From an uncultured Actinomycetota bacterium (GTDB lineage: Bacteria; Actinomycetota; Actinomycetes; JAHEKZ01), in the NCBI GenBank assembly GCA_963829525.1, contig CAWHIJ010000003.1, positions 2,368,001-2,432,000 on the forward strand: a stretch of DNA of 64,000 nt. Direction: 5' to 3'. How positions within the stretch are numbered: position 1 is the stretch's first letter; every line of letters starts with the position of its first letter. Made by a program: the position numbers and the translations under genes. Positions 11,552-21,504 of this stretch are shown in pieces. The notes beneath the pieces are model-generated. The model worked only from the letters and a program-made list of their open reading frames with translations. It was not told where the DNA came from and did not search any database.

Positions 11552-13219
11552 CTACATACGTTCGGGCGCTGTAACGCCGAGGAGTCCGAGCCCGTTCGCC
11601 AGCACCTGACGTGTTGCCGCACACAGAACAAGGCGCGCTCCGTGCGTCGGCGTCGGCTCCTCATCGCCACGGGGCAGGACGCGACAGGAGTCGTAAAACC
11701 TGTGATATGCGTTCGCCAGCTCTTCGAGATAGCGCGCCACCCGGTGCGGCTCGCGCAGCTCTGCGGCACTTGTCACGACCCGGGGGAACTCGCCTAGCGA
11801 TCCGAGCAGGTCCCCCTCTCGGTCGTGCAAGAGCAACGACGGGTCAAAGCCACCCACGTCAACTGCTAGCCCGACGTCTGCCGCGTTGCGAAGCAGCGAT
11901 GAGATGCGCGCGTGCGCGTACTGGACGTAGAACACCGGGTTGTCGTTGGTCTGCTTGACCAACAGGTCCAGGTCGAGTGTCAGCGGCGAGTCCACCGGGT
12001 ACCGGCAGAGCGTGTACCTGGCCGCATCGACGCCCACTTCGTCGACGAGGTCCTCCAGCGTGACGATGTCACCCTTGCGTTTGGAGAGGCGGACTTCTTG
12101 GCCCCCGCGGTACATCTTGACGAGCTGTCCGATCAACACTTCGATCGAGTAGTTCGGGTCGTCACCAGCGCAGGCCGCGATGGCGCGCAGCCGGTTCACG
12201 TATCCGTGGTGGTCGGCACCGAGGAGGTAGATGTTGATGTCGAAGCCGCGCACGCGCTTGTCGAGGTAGTAGGCCGAGTCGGAGGCGAAGTAGGTGGTAC
12301 CTCCGTCGTTCTTGATTAGGACTCGATCTTTGTCGTCATCGAAGTCCGTCGTTCGGAGCCACAAGGCGCCGTCCTGTTCGTAGACGTGACCCTGCTCCCT
12401 TAGTGTCGCGAGACCTCGCTCTACAGCGCCTGACTCGTAGAGCGACCGCTCTGAGTACCAGACATCGAACTCGGTGCGGAACAGGGCGAGCACGTCCTGC
12501 TGCTGCTTCAGTTGGAGCACGTATCCCGCCTCCCGGAACACGACGAGTTGCTCGTCATCCGGCAGATCCAGGTACTCCGGGTGAGCGGCCACGATCGCTG
12601 CTGCGAGATCGGTGATGTACCCGCCGTGATAGCCATCCTCGGGCGCTCGGCGTCCATTCGCTGCCTCGCGGAGTGACTCTCCGAAGCGATCCATCTGGAC
12701 GCCGCGGTCATTGATATAGAACTCCCGGGCTACCTCTGCACCAGCCGCCTCAAGGACCCGAGCGATGGCATCTCCCACCGCCGCCCAACGGGTATGCCCG
12801 AGGTGTAGCGGGCCGTTCGGGTTTGCGCTGATGAACTCGACGTTGACCCGAACTCCCGACATCGTTGTCACCAGGCCGTACTGCGCGCCTTGGCCCACGA
12901 TGGTGCGCGCGAGCTCGCCCTGGGCAGCGGCGTCAAGGGTGATGTTGAGGAAGCCTGGGCCGGCGATATCCACGCTGGCGATGCCCGGCAAAGCCGTGAT
13001 CCGCTCAGCCAGCACCGTCGCAACCTCGCGCGGTGGCCGACCTGCAGCCTTCGCCAACTGGAGGGCGACGTTCGTGGCGTAGTCCCCGTGCTCGGCCGAG
13101 CGGGGCCGTTCGATGGTGACACTCGTCAGTCGTCGTTCTGCTGGGACAGCCAGCTCTCCAGAAGCCAGGGCTGCGTCCAGAACCGACAGGAGAGCAGACG
13201 AGAGTTCGGCGGGAGTCAC
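11552..13219 (-). CDS. argS: Arginine--tRNA ligase
   Basis: [15 protein letters not shown] (HIGH motif), [26 protein letters not shown] end; TACCCT 6 nt before the GTG. Confidence 0.97.
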   Translation of the reverse strand: MTPAELSSALLSVLDAALASGELAVPAERRLTSVTIERPRSAEHGDYATNVALQLAKAAGRPPREVATVLAERITALPGIASVDIAGPGFLNITLDAAAQGELARTIVGQGAQYGLVTTMSGVRVNVEFISANPNGPLHLGHTRWAAVGDAIARVLEAAGAEVAREFYINDRGVQMDRFGESLREAANGRRAPEDGYHGGYITDLAAAIVAAHPEYLDLPDDEQLVVFREAGYVLQLKQQQDVLALFRTEFDVWYSERSLYESGAVERGLATLREQGHVYEQDGALWLRTTDFDDDKDRVLIKNDGGTTYFASDSAYYLDKRVRGFDINIYLLGADHHGYVNRLRAIAACAGDDPNYSIEVLIGQLVKMYRGGQEVRLSKRKGDIVTLEDLVDEVGVDAARYTLCRYPVDSPLTLDLDLLVKQTNDNPVFYVQYAHARISSLLRNAADVGLAVDVGGFDPSLLLHDREGDLLGSLGEFPRVVTSAAELREPHRVARYLEELANAYHRFYDSCRVLPRGDEEPTPTHGARLVLCAATRQVLANGLGLLGVTAPERM

Positions 13220-13261
13220 TGCTCCAGGGTAGTGATACAGCCAAACGTTAGGAGGAGGACC

Positions 13262-13618
13262 TCAGCCGGCGGCGACGATCGCTGCGGCAGAGGCCAGGGA
13301 CAGCACCACCAGCACGCCGGCGGGCAAGACGGCAGCGAGCGGTAGTCGGCGCGTCAGTTGACGAAACGCGAAAGCCGCATAGGACAGCGCGAGAACGACA
13401 GCAGCGACGGCAGCAACTGCGTGGGCGGCGAAGATCCCCACGACCAGGAACGCAGCCGCCACCAGCTCGAGCCAGCCGGAGGCAGTCCAGACACCGGCAG
13501 AGATCCCCGCCCGGTCGCGAACTTGGAGCGACGCGGGCAGCCGCTGCACCTTTGCCATGCCGACAATGACGGCAAGGAGAGTGAGCAGGAGGGAGAGACC
13601 GACCGCCAGCAGTTCCAC
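13262..13618 (-). CDS. DoxX-like small membrane protein
   Basis: About four hydrophobic segments; G-x-x-K and GWLELVAA pattern. Confidence 0.6.
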   Translation of the reverse strand: MELLAVGLSLLLTLLAVIVGMAKVQRLPASLQVRDRAGISAGVWTASGWLELVAAAFLVVGIFAAHAVAAVAAVVLALSYAAFAFRQLTRRLPLAAVLPAGVLVVLSLASAAAIVAAG

Positions 13619-13636
13619 GCCCGGGATCCTCTCAGA

Positions 13637-14038
13637 TCACCTTCTGGTGATCAGTCGCCGCACCTCGGCGAGGAGCTGGTCCGGGTCGAACGGCTTGGTC
13701 AGGTACCCGTCCGCGCCGGCGCCCTGTGCGAGTTCGAAGTCGCGACGCTGCGCCGAAGCACTCACGATGAGGATCGGGATCGACGCCATCGAGGGCGTTG
13801 CCTTGAGCTTGGCGGTGAGTTCGACGCCATCGAGCCCAGGCATCACGACGTCCAGGCAGAGCAGCTGCGGGGCAAGCGCGCGCCCCTCGGAGACCTCAGC
13901 CAGCAGCCGGAGACATTCCTGACCATCCTCAGCTGTCTGGACGTCATACCCCTCGAGTCCGAGGTTAAGCGCGATCAACTCACGGATCGTCGAAGAGTCG
14001 TCGACGACCATCACGCGTCCCATGCTCTGCTCCGCCAC
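13637..14038 (-). CDS. Stand-alone response regulator receiver (CheY-like)
   Basis: VVDD, LDVVMPGLDG (phospho-Asp), VSA, YLTKPF; no output domain. Confidence 0.9.
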   Translation of the reverse strand: MAEQSMGRVMVVDDSSTIRELIALNLGLEGYDVQTAEDGQECLRLLAEVSEGRALAPQLLCLDVVMPGLDGVELTAKLKATPSMASIPILIVSASAQRRDFELAQGAGADGYLTKPFDPDQLLAEVRRLITRR

Positions 14039-14046
14039 ACCACTCC

Positions 14047-14072
14047 TTCGGCCGAACGGGGGTCGATCTTCA
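14047..14072 (-). promoter_or_regulatory. Putative sigma28/WhiG-like promoter of the receiver gene
   Basis: TGAAG-N15-GCCGAA on the minus strand, 8 nt upstream of the start codon. Confidence 0.55.
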
Positions 14073-14909
14073 GGCCACCGATGCGAGAACGGCTACTGAT
14101 ACCGCCGCAAGGGCCAGCCCCCACCGCTGCAGGGCCTGCAGGTGCTCCTTGAGGACGATCCTCGCCATCAGCACGGTGGCCGCTGGATACAGGGCGGTGA
14201 TCACGGCGACCACCGTCAGCAGACCCTCGCGGGTCGCGAGCATGAACATGGCCGTGGCTGCCACGTCCAACAGCGTCGACACCCCAGCTAGGACCAGGAC
14301 GTCGCGTGGTGGTCTGGCCAGCACCCGAGAGCCGATGGCCGCGCCGAGGAGCAGGACCGAGGTGACGATGCGGACGACGACCAGGGGCCACAACCCGCTG
14401 TCGTCCGGAGCCCGTTCCAGCGCCACCAAGAAGATCGAGATGAAGACGCCTGCACCGAAGGAGAGCAACAACACTTGCGCCGAGACCGGATGCGGTGCGT
14501 CATCATGCACCTGACTCACCATGAGGACGGCCAGCATCCCCATCGCGATGCCGATCCAGCCCAGGGGTGGCAGTCGCTCTCCGAAGGCCACACCGGCCAG
14601 CACTGGGAGCACCACAGCGACCAACGCCGAGATCGGCGACGCGACACTCATCGGTCCGATGGCCAGCGCGCGAAAGAGCATCACGTACGCGAAGGCCCCG
14701 CCCAATCCCGACACTGCGCCCCAGAACCAGACCTCCGAGGTCACCGTCCCACCAACCAGCGGAGCCACCACAAGCAGAACGACGAGCCCGAGGGGCTGGG
14801 TCAGCGATCCCAGTAGAAAGATGTGGGCGCGCCGTGCCGCGAGCCCACCGAGGAAGTCCGTCAGGCCATAGGCGACCGACGACCCCAGAGCCAACAGGAT
14901 CGCTGTCAC
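14070..14909 (-). CDS. EamA/DMT family transporter
   Basis: About ten TM segments in two repeats (GPMSVASPI..GERL; LYPAAT..KEHL). Confidence 0.85.
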   Translation of the reverse strand: MTAILLALGSSVAYGLTDFLGGLAARRAHIFLLGSLTQPLGLVVLLVVAPLVGGTVTSEVWFWGAVSGLGGAFAYVMLFRALAIGPMSVASPISALVAVVLPVLAGVAFGERLPPLGWIGIAMGMLAVLMVSQVHDDAPHPVSAQVLLLSFGAGVFISIFLVALERAPDDSGLWPLVVVRIVTSVLLLGAAIGSRVLARPPRDVLVLAGVSTLLDVAATAMFMLATREGLLTVVAVITALYPAATVLMARIVLKEHLQALQRWGLALAAVSVAVLASVA

Positions 14910-15526
14910 GCTGCAGTCGTCCCCAGAATCCTGCGAGCTGAGCGCATGGCAGCCCTGGTGGCGCGGGCCGAGCGCATTCGGTTGTCGCCGAGCTCTACTT
15001 GCAGGGAGAGCCCGTCGACCAAAGCAACTAGCGACGCGGCAGCCTCCTCCGACGATCCGTCGATCGTGAAGTCACCGGTGGTGACCCCGTCCTCCACTGC
15101 TCGCCGAACCAGTAACCGCCAGCCGCGCGCGATGGCAGCGGACTCCTCGCGCAGCGCAGGGTCACGCGATGCTGCACGCCAGTACTCCATCCACAAGAGC
15201 CAGCCCTCGCGACGCCGCCCATCATCGATGGAGATTCCCAGCCGAATGAAGGTCTCGATCCGCTTCCATGGGTCGAGCTCACCTTCAACGGCTGCACGCA
15301 GCCGAGCAAGCTCCTCGGCGACTCCCGTTCGCAAGACTTCACGGACCAGCGCCTCGCGCGTACCGAAGCCGTACTGCAGCGAGCTGACAGGCACGCCTGT
15401 CGCCTCTGCCACGTCGGCGAAGCGAAGGGCGTCGAAGCCGCGCCCGACTGCCACGGCCCGAGCCTGTCGAAGAAGATCATCACGGTCGTGGGCCGGCGGG
15501 CGGCCCTTGCGTTTGGGGTCAGACAT
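14906..15526 (-). CDS. TetR/AcrR family regulator (BetI-like C-terminal domain)
   Basis: GRPP..GFDALRFADVAEATGVPVSSLQYGFGTREAL helix-turn-helix; LVALVDGL C-terminus. Confidence 0.88.
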   Translation of the reverse strand: MSDPKRKGRPPAHDRDDLLRQARAVAVGRGFDALRFADVAEATGVPVSSLQYGFGTREALVREVLRTGVAEELARLRAAVEGELDPWKRIETFIRLGISIDDGRRREGWLLWMEYWRAASRDPALREESAAIARGWRLLVRRAVEDGVTTGDFTIDGSSEEAAASLVALVDGLSLQVELGDNRMRSARATRAAMRSARRILGTTAA

Positions 15527-15539
15527 ACCCATTGTTCTA

Positions 15540-15555
15540 CCGTATGCCGATACGG
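15540..15555. promoter_or_regulatory. Candidate TetR operator
   Basis: CCGTAT-gccg-ATACGG inverted repeat in the 46-bp gap between divergent genes. Confidence 0.55.
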
Positions 15556-15572
15556 AAACATTGAGGGAGACC

Positions 15573-16961
15573 ATGGACACCGCACGACGCTCTATCTCGT
15601 ACTGGCACGACTCACTCCCTGAAGGAGAGCTCGCTGCCCTGCGTCCTGAGCTGCCCGGCGACATCGACGCTGACGTCGCCATCGCCGGAGGGGGTTTCAC
15701 CGGTCTTTGGACTGCCTACTACCTGGCGCTCCGTGACCCCTCTCTCCGCATCGTCGTGCTCGAGAAAGACTTCGCAGGGTTCGGCGCTTCCGGTCGCAAC
15801 GGCGGATGGGCATCGGCCTTTCTTCCCACTAGCTGGGAGGCGGTCGCCAAGGCATCCTCTCGCGACGAGGCACTCCGCATGCAGCGAGCCGCCAACGCCG
15901 CCGTCGACGTCGTGGGCTCGGTAGCTGCCGAGGAAGGCATTGACGCCCACTACGCCAAGGGTGGATACCTCCGCGTTGCGACGTCTGCGCTGCAGTGGGC
16001 CCGATTGCAGCAGCAGCTCGCCCACGCTCGCGAATGGGACCAGACCGAAGAAGACATCGCCCTTCTCGATCGTCGCGAGGCAACAGCCCGCATCGACGCC
16101 GACGGGGTTTTCGGCGGGCTGTACACGCCGCAATGCGCCGCGATACACCCGGCGCGGATGGTGCGCGGACTGGCAGCGGCTGCCGAGCGACTCGGTGTGA
16201 CCATCTACGAGGGCACCGAGGTCACGGCCATCGAACCGGGAGCAGCACGCACAGCGCTCGGAACCGTACGTGCCGAAGTGGTGGTTCGCGCGCTTGAGGG
16301 GTACACCGCGAGCCTGCCGCAGTACCGACGCGCGCTGTTGCCGATGTACTCGCTGATGATCGCCACCGAACCCCTCCCCGACCACGTGTGGGACGAGATC
16401 GGCTGGCGCGATCGCGAGACTCTCAATGACGACCGGCGCTTCCTGATCTACGCGCAGCGCACAGCCGATGGCCGCATCGCGCTCGGCGGTCGTGGTGCTC
16501 CATACCGGTGGGGTTCTCGGATCGACCCCGCCTTCGAACACCCTCGCGGGGTACACGAGGCGCTGCGCCACAGCTTGATCAAGCTCTTCCCCGCCCTCCA
16601 CGGCATCTCCATCACTCACCGGTGGGGAGGCGTCCTAGGCGTTCCGCGTGACTGGTTCCCGTCGGTCCGCTTCGACCGATCCACCGGGTTTGCCACCGCA
16701 GGTGGGTACGCCGGCGACGGCGTAACCCTCACCAACCTTGCCGGGCGGACGTTGGCCGACCTCATCACTGGAACCGAGAGCGACCTGACCTCGCTGCCGT
16801 GGGTCGGGCACGAGTCGCGCAACTTCGAGCCAGAGCCAATGCGCTTCACAGGGGTCAACGCCGGCATGCGGCTGGCCTCGTGGGTCGACAGCCGCGAAGA
16901 GCGGACCGGCCGTCACGCCGGCGTCCTGGACAAAGCGCTAGGCCTGCTTAGCGGCCACTGA
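15573..16961 (+). CDS. FAD-dependent oxidoreductase (DadA/PuuB-like amine oxidase)
   Basis: SYW..DVAIAGGGFTGLWTA, GASGRNGGW, GYAGDGV; RBS gggag before the ATG at 15573. Confidence 0.85.
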   Translation: MDTARRSISYWHDSLPEGELAALRPELPGDIDADVAIAGGGFTGLWTAYYLALRDPSLRIVVLEKDFAGFGASGRNGGWASAFLPTSWEAVAKASSRDEALRMQRAANAAVDVVGSVAAEEGIDAHYAKGGYLRVATSALQWARLQQQLAHAREWDQTEEDIALLDRREATARIDADGVFGGLYTPQCAAIHPARMVRGLAAAAERLGVTIYEGTEVTAIEPGAARTALGTVRAEVVVRALEGYTASLPQYRRALLPMYSLMIATEPLPDHVWDEIGWRDRETLNDDRRFLIYAQRTADGRIALGGRGAPYRWGSRIDPAFEHPRGVHEALRHSLIKLFPALHGISITHRWGGVLGVPRDWFPSVRFDRSTGFATAGGYAGDGVTLTNLAGRTLADLITGTESDLTSLPWVGHESRNFEPEPMRFTGVNAGMRLASWVDSREERTGRHAGVLDKALGLLSGH

Positions 16962-16992
16962 TGCCAGGCCGTCCTCACCCTGCCGGAGGGTC

Positions 16993-17595
16993 TTAGAGCG
17001 CCTTTCGGGCGGCGAGCATGTCTTCCATGGTCGCGATCTCAGCTTGCTGTCCGGCCACGATGGTGTCCGCCAGGTAGGTCACCTCCTCGCGTTCGGTGAG
17101 TGGCAGCACCGCCTCGGCCATCTCGACCCCGCCTTTGTGGTGCTCGATCATCAGCTGAAGAAAGAGGATCTCGGCCTCCCTCCCAGACGCGTCGCGCAGC
17201 TTCTGCAGATCAGCGTCCGATGCCATACCGGGCATGTCGTCGTACGACGTCATCATTGCGTCGTTGTGCCCATGGTCGGTCCACTCCATCGGTGGCCGCA
17301 CTGACGTCTGCGGTAGCTCCCACTGCTGGAGCCAGCCGCTGAACATCCCGATCTGGGCGCGCTGAGTGTTGATGATGTCGTAAGCCATGGCGCGCACCTC
17401 GGGATCGTCGGTGCGATCGCGCACGATGAAGGCAAGCTCGACCGCCTGGGCGTGGTGCACCGACATGTCGCGCGCAAATCCGGCCTCGGCCGACTGGTCC
17501 CCCGGCTCGGTCTCGTTGCCCAACAGGAGCGCGCCAAGGACGAGGCCGAGAATGAGCGCCGCGACCGCGGCGATTGCGACCGTCAGGGCCTTCAC
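16993..17595 (-). CDS. DUF305 (CopM-like, His-rich ferritin-like) protein
   Basis: FARDMSVHHAQAV, MPGMAS, FLQLMIEHHKGG; N-terminal TM segment. Confidence 0.85.
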   Translation of the reverse strand: MKALTVAIAAVAALILGLVLGALLLGNETEPGDQSAEAGFARDMSVHHAQAVELAFIVRDRTDDPEVRAMAYDIINTQRAQIGMFSGWLQQWELPQTSVRPPMEWTDHGHNDAMMTSYDDMPGMASDADLQKLRDASGREAEILFLQLMIEHHKGGVEMAEAVLPLTEREEVTYLADTIVAGQQAEIATMEDMLAARKAL

Positions 17596-18137
17596 TCCAT
17601 CAGCCCCGACTCACAGGTGGCGCCGGGCTCGGGGGTCTGCGGGCCGGCTCGGTACATGGTGAGGAACTCATCGATGCGCGGGTCGCCAGCGCTGTCAACG
17701 CCGAGTTGGACACCCCATGCGGTGAGCACGATGGGCGAGTCCTGGCCCGGATAGGGACTCATGAACGAGTACGGCTGACCGTCGACCTTGGCGGCCAGGG
17801 CGTCGATGTCGGTCTGAGAGACGGCGTCGGTGTAGGTCACCCAGACAGCGCCGTGCTCCATCGAGTGCACGGCATTCTCGTTCCGGAGCGGCTGCTCATA
17901 GACAGTGCCCGTGCAGTCCATCCACTTCGGATCGTGGTCGCCGCCCACGGGAGGACTCTGCGGGTAGTCGACATCGTCAGTTGTGTGATCGCGCGCAAGA
18001 TCCCCGTACGTCTGGACCCCCTCGATCCCCCCGTCACTGGGCGTTGGAGTGGGCTCGGAGCTACTCGAGCAACCAACCAGCGATCCCATGACGAAGACGA
18101 CGGAGACGGCGAGCACAACCTGTGAGCGAGTCTTCAT
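17592..18137 (-). CDS. DUF3105 family lipoprotein
   Basis: Lipobox LVGC; YPQSPPVGGDH, AVHSMEHGAVW, TPEPGATC. Confidence 0.85.
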   Translation of the reverse strand: MKTRSQVVLAVSVVFVMGSLVGCSSSSEPTPTPSDGGIEGVQTYGDLARDHTTDDVDYPQSPPVGGDHDPKWMDCTGTVYEQPLRNENAVHSMEHGAVWVTYTDAVSQTDIDALAAKVDGQPYSFMSPYPGQDSPIVLTAWGVQLGVDSAGDPRIDEFLTMYRAGPQTPEPGATCESGLME

Positions 18138-18168
18138 ACCCACGATGGAACCACGTTGCAGCACCGGA

Positions 18169-20682
18169 TCAGGACAACGGGCGGCTCCGCTCGGCGTCGA
18201 AGAAGGGCCGCAGCGACGCCTTAACCGGCACGCGGGTGCCGGCGATGTCGACCTCGAAGCTGCCGCCGTTGATGTCAGCGGCGGTGAACCCGGCCTCTCT
18301 CTCGACATCGGCGATGCCACAGGCAGCCCCCAGCGAGTACCCGAAGGCCCCGACTCGGAGCGAACCGACTGGCTCGCTATCGATGAAGATCGGCTCGGCC
18401 CCGACAAGGTCGAAGTCTGCAGACTCAAGAAGGACGTTGACGAGTCGCTTCTTCAGCGGACCACTCTCCTTCTGCTTGAGAAGCGCCTCGCGTCCGACGA
18501 AACCACCCGGCTTGTCCCAGGCGACGGCGAACCCGAGGCCAGCCTCGAGAGGAGTGTCCGTCGAGTCGATGTCGTGCCCCATGTCGCGATAGGCCTTCTC
18601 CATGCGCATCGACGACAACGCTCCAACCCCGGTCGGCTTGAATCCAAGGTCTTGGCCAGCAGCGCGGATCTGGTCGTAGAGGGTCGCGCCGAACTCAGTA
18701 GGAATGAGCAGGTCCCAGCCGAGCTCGCCAACGTAGGTGACGCGCAGCGCCCAGAGCGGCGTATATCCGAGTTCGACCTTCTGCGCGGTGAGGTAGGGAA
18801 ACGCCTCGTTCGACCAGTCGTTCGGGCTGAGCCGCTGCAGCAGCTCGCGGGAACGTGGGCCCTGGACGGTGAGTAGCCCCAGTCCGCTGGTGACGTCGGT
18901 GACCGTGAGGAACTCACCCTCGTCGGTGTGCCGGCGGATCCAGGCAGGCAGCCGCCGGTGGACGTTGTCGGCGCTGATGACCAGGAACTGGTCGTCAGCC
19001 TGACGCGTCACGGTCACGTCGGCGATGATGCCGCCGCGCTCGTCGAGCCACTGGGTGTAGACGATGCGTCCGACCTCGGTGTCGATGTCGTTGGCGCACA
19101 CCCGGTTCATCACCTGCATCGCGTGCGGGCCCTGGACGAGGTAGTTCGACATCATCGTCATGTCGATGGCGCCGACGTTCTCGCGCGCATTCAGGTGCTC
19201 GTCACGGGTACGGTCGAACGCCTCACCCCGCTTGAACCCCCACTCGACTGTTGGCGTAGCACCTGGGCCACTGAAGAACTCCGGGTACTCCCAGCCGTTG
19301 GACGCGACCATGTAGGCGCCGTCCGCCAGGTGCTGCTCGTGGAACGGCCCGCGTCGAACGTTGCGACCTTCCTTCGGCATGGCGTTCGGCCACGACAGGT
19401 CGTTGAGCAGGAAGCCAAGGCGCTCGACGGTTCGCTCCTTACGGAACAACCGCGTCGCCTGGAACTCGTGGGTGCGGTCAACGCCCACCTCGGTGAGGTC
19501 GATCGGCGGGTACTCCTCGATCAGCCACTGCGCCATGACGTGGCCGAGCCCGCCACCCATGAGGATGCCGACGGAGTTCAGGCCGCAGGCGAGGTAGAGC
19601 CCATCCACCTCGGGCGACTCACCCAGCATTGGCGAGATGTCGTCGGTGAAGCTCTCCGGTCCGCAGAAGAGCGTGCGGATACCCGCGTCTTCCAAGGCGG
19701 GGAAGCGTTTCATCGCCTTCTCGAGGAACGGCGAGAGACGGTCCCAGTCGGGCGGTAGAACGGCGAACGCGGAGTCCTTGGGAGTGCCGTCCAACGACCA
19801 CGCCGCACCGACCGGCTCGAACATTCCGACGAGCAGGCCGCCGCCCTCTTCGCGGTAGTAGCCGTAGGCCTCGGGGTCTTCGATCACCGGGACGCTCTCG
19901 GGCGTGACGCCGTCGATCGGCTCGGTCAGCAGGTAGTAGTGCTCAGCGGCCTGCAGCGGAACGGTAACGCCGGCCTTGGCTGCAAGCTCCCGGCCCCACA
20001 GCCCCGATGCCAGCACGACCTTCTCGCATTCGATGGTTCCGCGTTCGGTCACGACGCCAACGATGCGGCTGTCCTTGATGACGAAGTCGATGACCTCGGT
20101 GTTCTCGAAGATCTGGGCGCCCTTCATCTTGGCGCCTTTGGCCATCGACATGGTCACGTCGACCGGGTTGGCGCGGCCCTCGTCCGGCGTCCAGAACCCG
20201 TGGATGACGTCGTCCACCTGCATGAGGGGAACGATGTCGAGGATCTCCTGCGGAGACAGGATCTGCTTCTCCATGCCGATCGAGCGCATGTAGGCGGTTT
20301 CGCGCCGGTAGGCCTCGTCGCGACGCTCAGTCGTGGCCAGCTGGAGATAGCCGACGTCCTTGAAACCGGTCGACAGGCCCGTCTCCTTCTCCAACCTGGT
20401 GTAGAGGTCGCGCGAGTACCGCGCCATCCAGAGCGGATCTTCCGATGCCCCTCCGGAGACCACCTCACCGGCGGCATGCCAGGTGGTGCCAGAGGTCAGC
20501 TGTTTACGCTCCAGAAGCACGACGTCCGTGGCGCCCATCGTCGCAAGGTGGTAGGCGATCGAGGTACCGATCACCCCACCACCGACGACGACGTACTGCG
20601 CCCGCGACGGCAGATCTGAGCCGCTCTGGGTATCGGCAGCCTTTGCTGCCGCTGGGTTGATATCAGCGAAGTCGAGAGACAT
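18169..20682 (-). CDS. FAD-dependent oxidoreductase fused to GcvT domain (dimethylglycine/sarcosine dehydrogenase-like)
   Basis: VVVGGGVIG, SGTTWHAAG, CGPESFT, VTYVGELGW, MRMEKAY, TPLEAGL. Confidence 0.9.
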   Translation of the reverse strand: MSLDFADINPAAAKAADTQSGSDLPSRAQYVVVGGGVIGTSIAYHLATMGATDVVLLERKQLTSGTTWHAAGEVVSGGASEDPLWMARYSRDLYTRLEKETGLSTGFKDVGYLQLATTERRDEAYRRETAYMRSIGMEKQILSPQEILDIVPLMQVDDVIHGFWTPDEGRANPVDVTMSMAKGAKMKGAQIFENTEVIDFVIKDSRIVGVVTERGTIECEKVVLASGLWGRELAAKAGVTVPLQAAEHYYLLTEPIDGVTPESVPVIEDPEAYGYYREEGGGLLVGMFEPVGAAWSLDGTPKDSAFAVLPPDWDRLSPFLEKAMKRFPALEDAGIRTLFCGPESFTDDISPMLGESPEVDGLYLACGLNSVGILMGGGLGHVMAQWLIEEYPPIDLTEVGVDRTHEFQATRLFRKERTVERLGFLLNDLSWPNAMPKEGRNVRRGPFHEQHLADGAYMVASNGWEYPEFFSGPGATPTVEWGFKRGEAFDRTRDEHLNARENVGAIDMTMMSNYLVQGPHAMQVMNRVCANDIDTEVGRIVYTQWLDERGGIIADVTVTRQADDQFLVISADNVHRRLPAWIRRHTDEGEFLTVTDVTSGLGLLTVQGPRSRELLQRLSPNDWSNEAFPYLTAQKVELGYTPLWALRVTYVGELGWDLLIPTEFGATLYDQIRAAGQDLGFKPTGVGALSSMRMEKAYRDMGHDIDSTDTPLEAGLGFAVAWDKPGGFVGREALLKQKESGPLKKRLVNVLLESADFDLVGAEPIFIDSEPVGSLRVGAFGYSLGAACGIADVEREAGFTAADINGGSFEVDIAGTRVPVKASLRPFFDAERSRPLS

Positions 20683-20765
20683 GTCGTCAGCCTGCCATGG
20701 GTTGGTTCGCTGGTCGACCATTCAGTCAAAATGGGGGTAAAGATTCCGCAACGCTGGTCAAGCGC

Positions 20766-21395
20766 TCAGGCTTGGGGGTCTTCGCAGGAGGCTCCCGGCT
20801 CCGGTGTCTGCGGTCCCTGCCGGAACTCGGTGACGAAGTCGTCCAACCGGGGGTCGTCCGGGCCATCGAGGAGGAGCTGGTTGTTCCACGCGGTCGCGAC
20901 CACCGGGGCCTCCTGCCCCTCGAACGGCGAGAGCAGCGTGTAGTTCTCGTCCAGCCTGCCCTTCAGCGCGTCGATCTCCGACTCGGACAACGCGGGGTCG
21001 TAGGTGATCCAAACCGCACCATGCTCGAGCGAGTGCACCGCCTTCTCGCTGGCGATGGGGTCGTCGTAGAACTTGCACTCCAGCCAGACCGGGCTGTGCT
21101 CCCCACCGACCGGCGGTGACTCTTCGTACTCGACCTGGTCGTCGACCGCCGGAGTGTGTTTCCCGGCGCCGTAGTCGAAGGTCTGCACCTCGTCGAGGGC
21201 ACCCGGAGTGGCATCCTCGGTTCCGGCCTGGACCGCCCAGACCACACCACCCACCGTCACGACGACGGCTGTCACCAGACCACCGGTGAGCAGCGCGGTC
21301 GATCGGCGGGATCGCTTGGTGTCGTCATTGCGCATCTGCGCAACCTTCTTCTCACGCTCTTCGCGCCGGCGCTGGGCGTTCGACCCCATGTTCAC
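20766..21395 (-). CDS. DUF3105 family membrane-anchored protein (second copy)
   Basis: YEESPPVGGEH, AVHSLEHGAVW, GPQTPEPGASC. Confidence 0.85.
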   Translation of the reverse strand: MNMGSNAQRRREEREKKVAQMRNDDTKRSRRSTALLTGGLVTAVVVTVGGVVWAVQAGTEDATPGALDEVQTFDYGAGKHTPAVDDQVEYEESPPVGGEHSPVWLECKFYDDPIASEKAVHSLEHGAVWITYDPALSESEIDALKGRLDENYTLLSPFEGQEAPVVATAWNNQLLLDGPDDPRLDDFVTEFRQGPQTPEPGASCEDPQA

Positions 21396-21504
21396 TCCTG
21401 AAGTGTGCTTCGTGTCTTGAAGACTGTAACCTCAGCCACACCAAGACGCCGCTCCACGCGCCTCTGCACGCGTCTGCACTGGTCTCCAGGGATCTCACGG
21501 GGTT

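Noticed and set aside
14823-15572. N-terminal 250-aa extension of the 712-aa ORF
   Set aside because: It is the antisense shadow of tetR; the real start is the ATG at 15573 with an RBS.
20683-20765. Glycine riboswitch upstream of the GcvT-domain gene
   Set aside because: The gap is too short and no aptamer motifs are seen.
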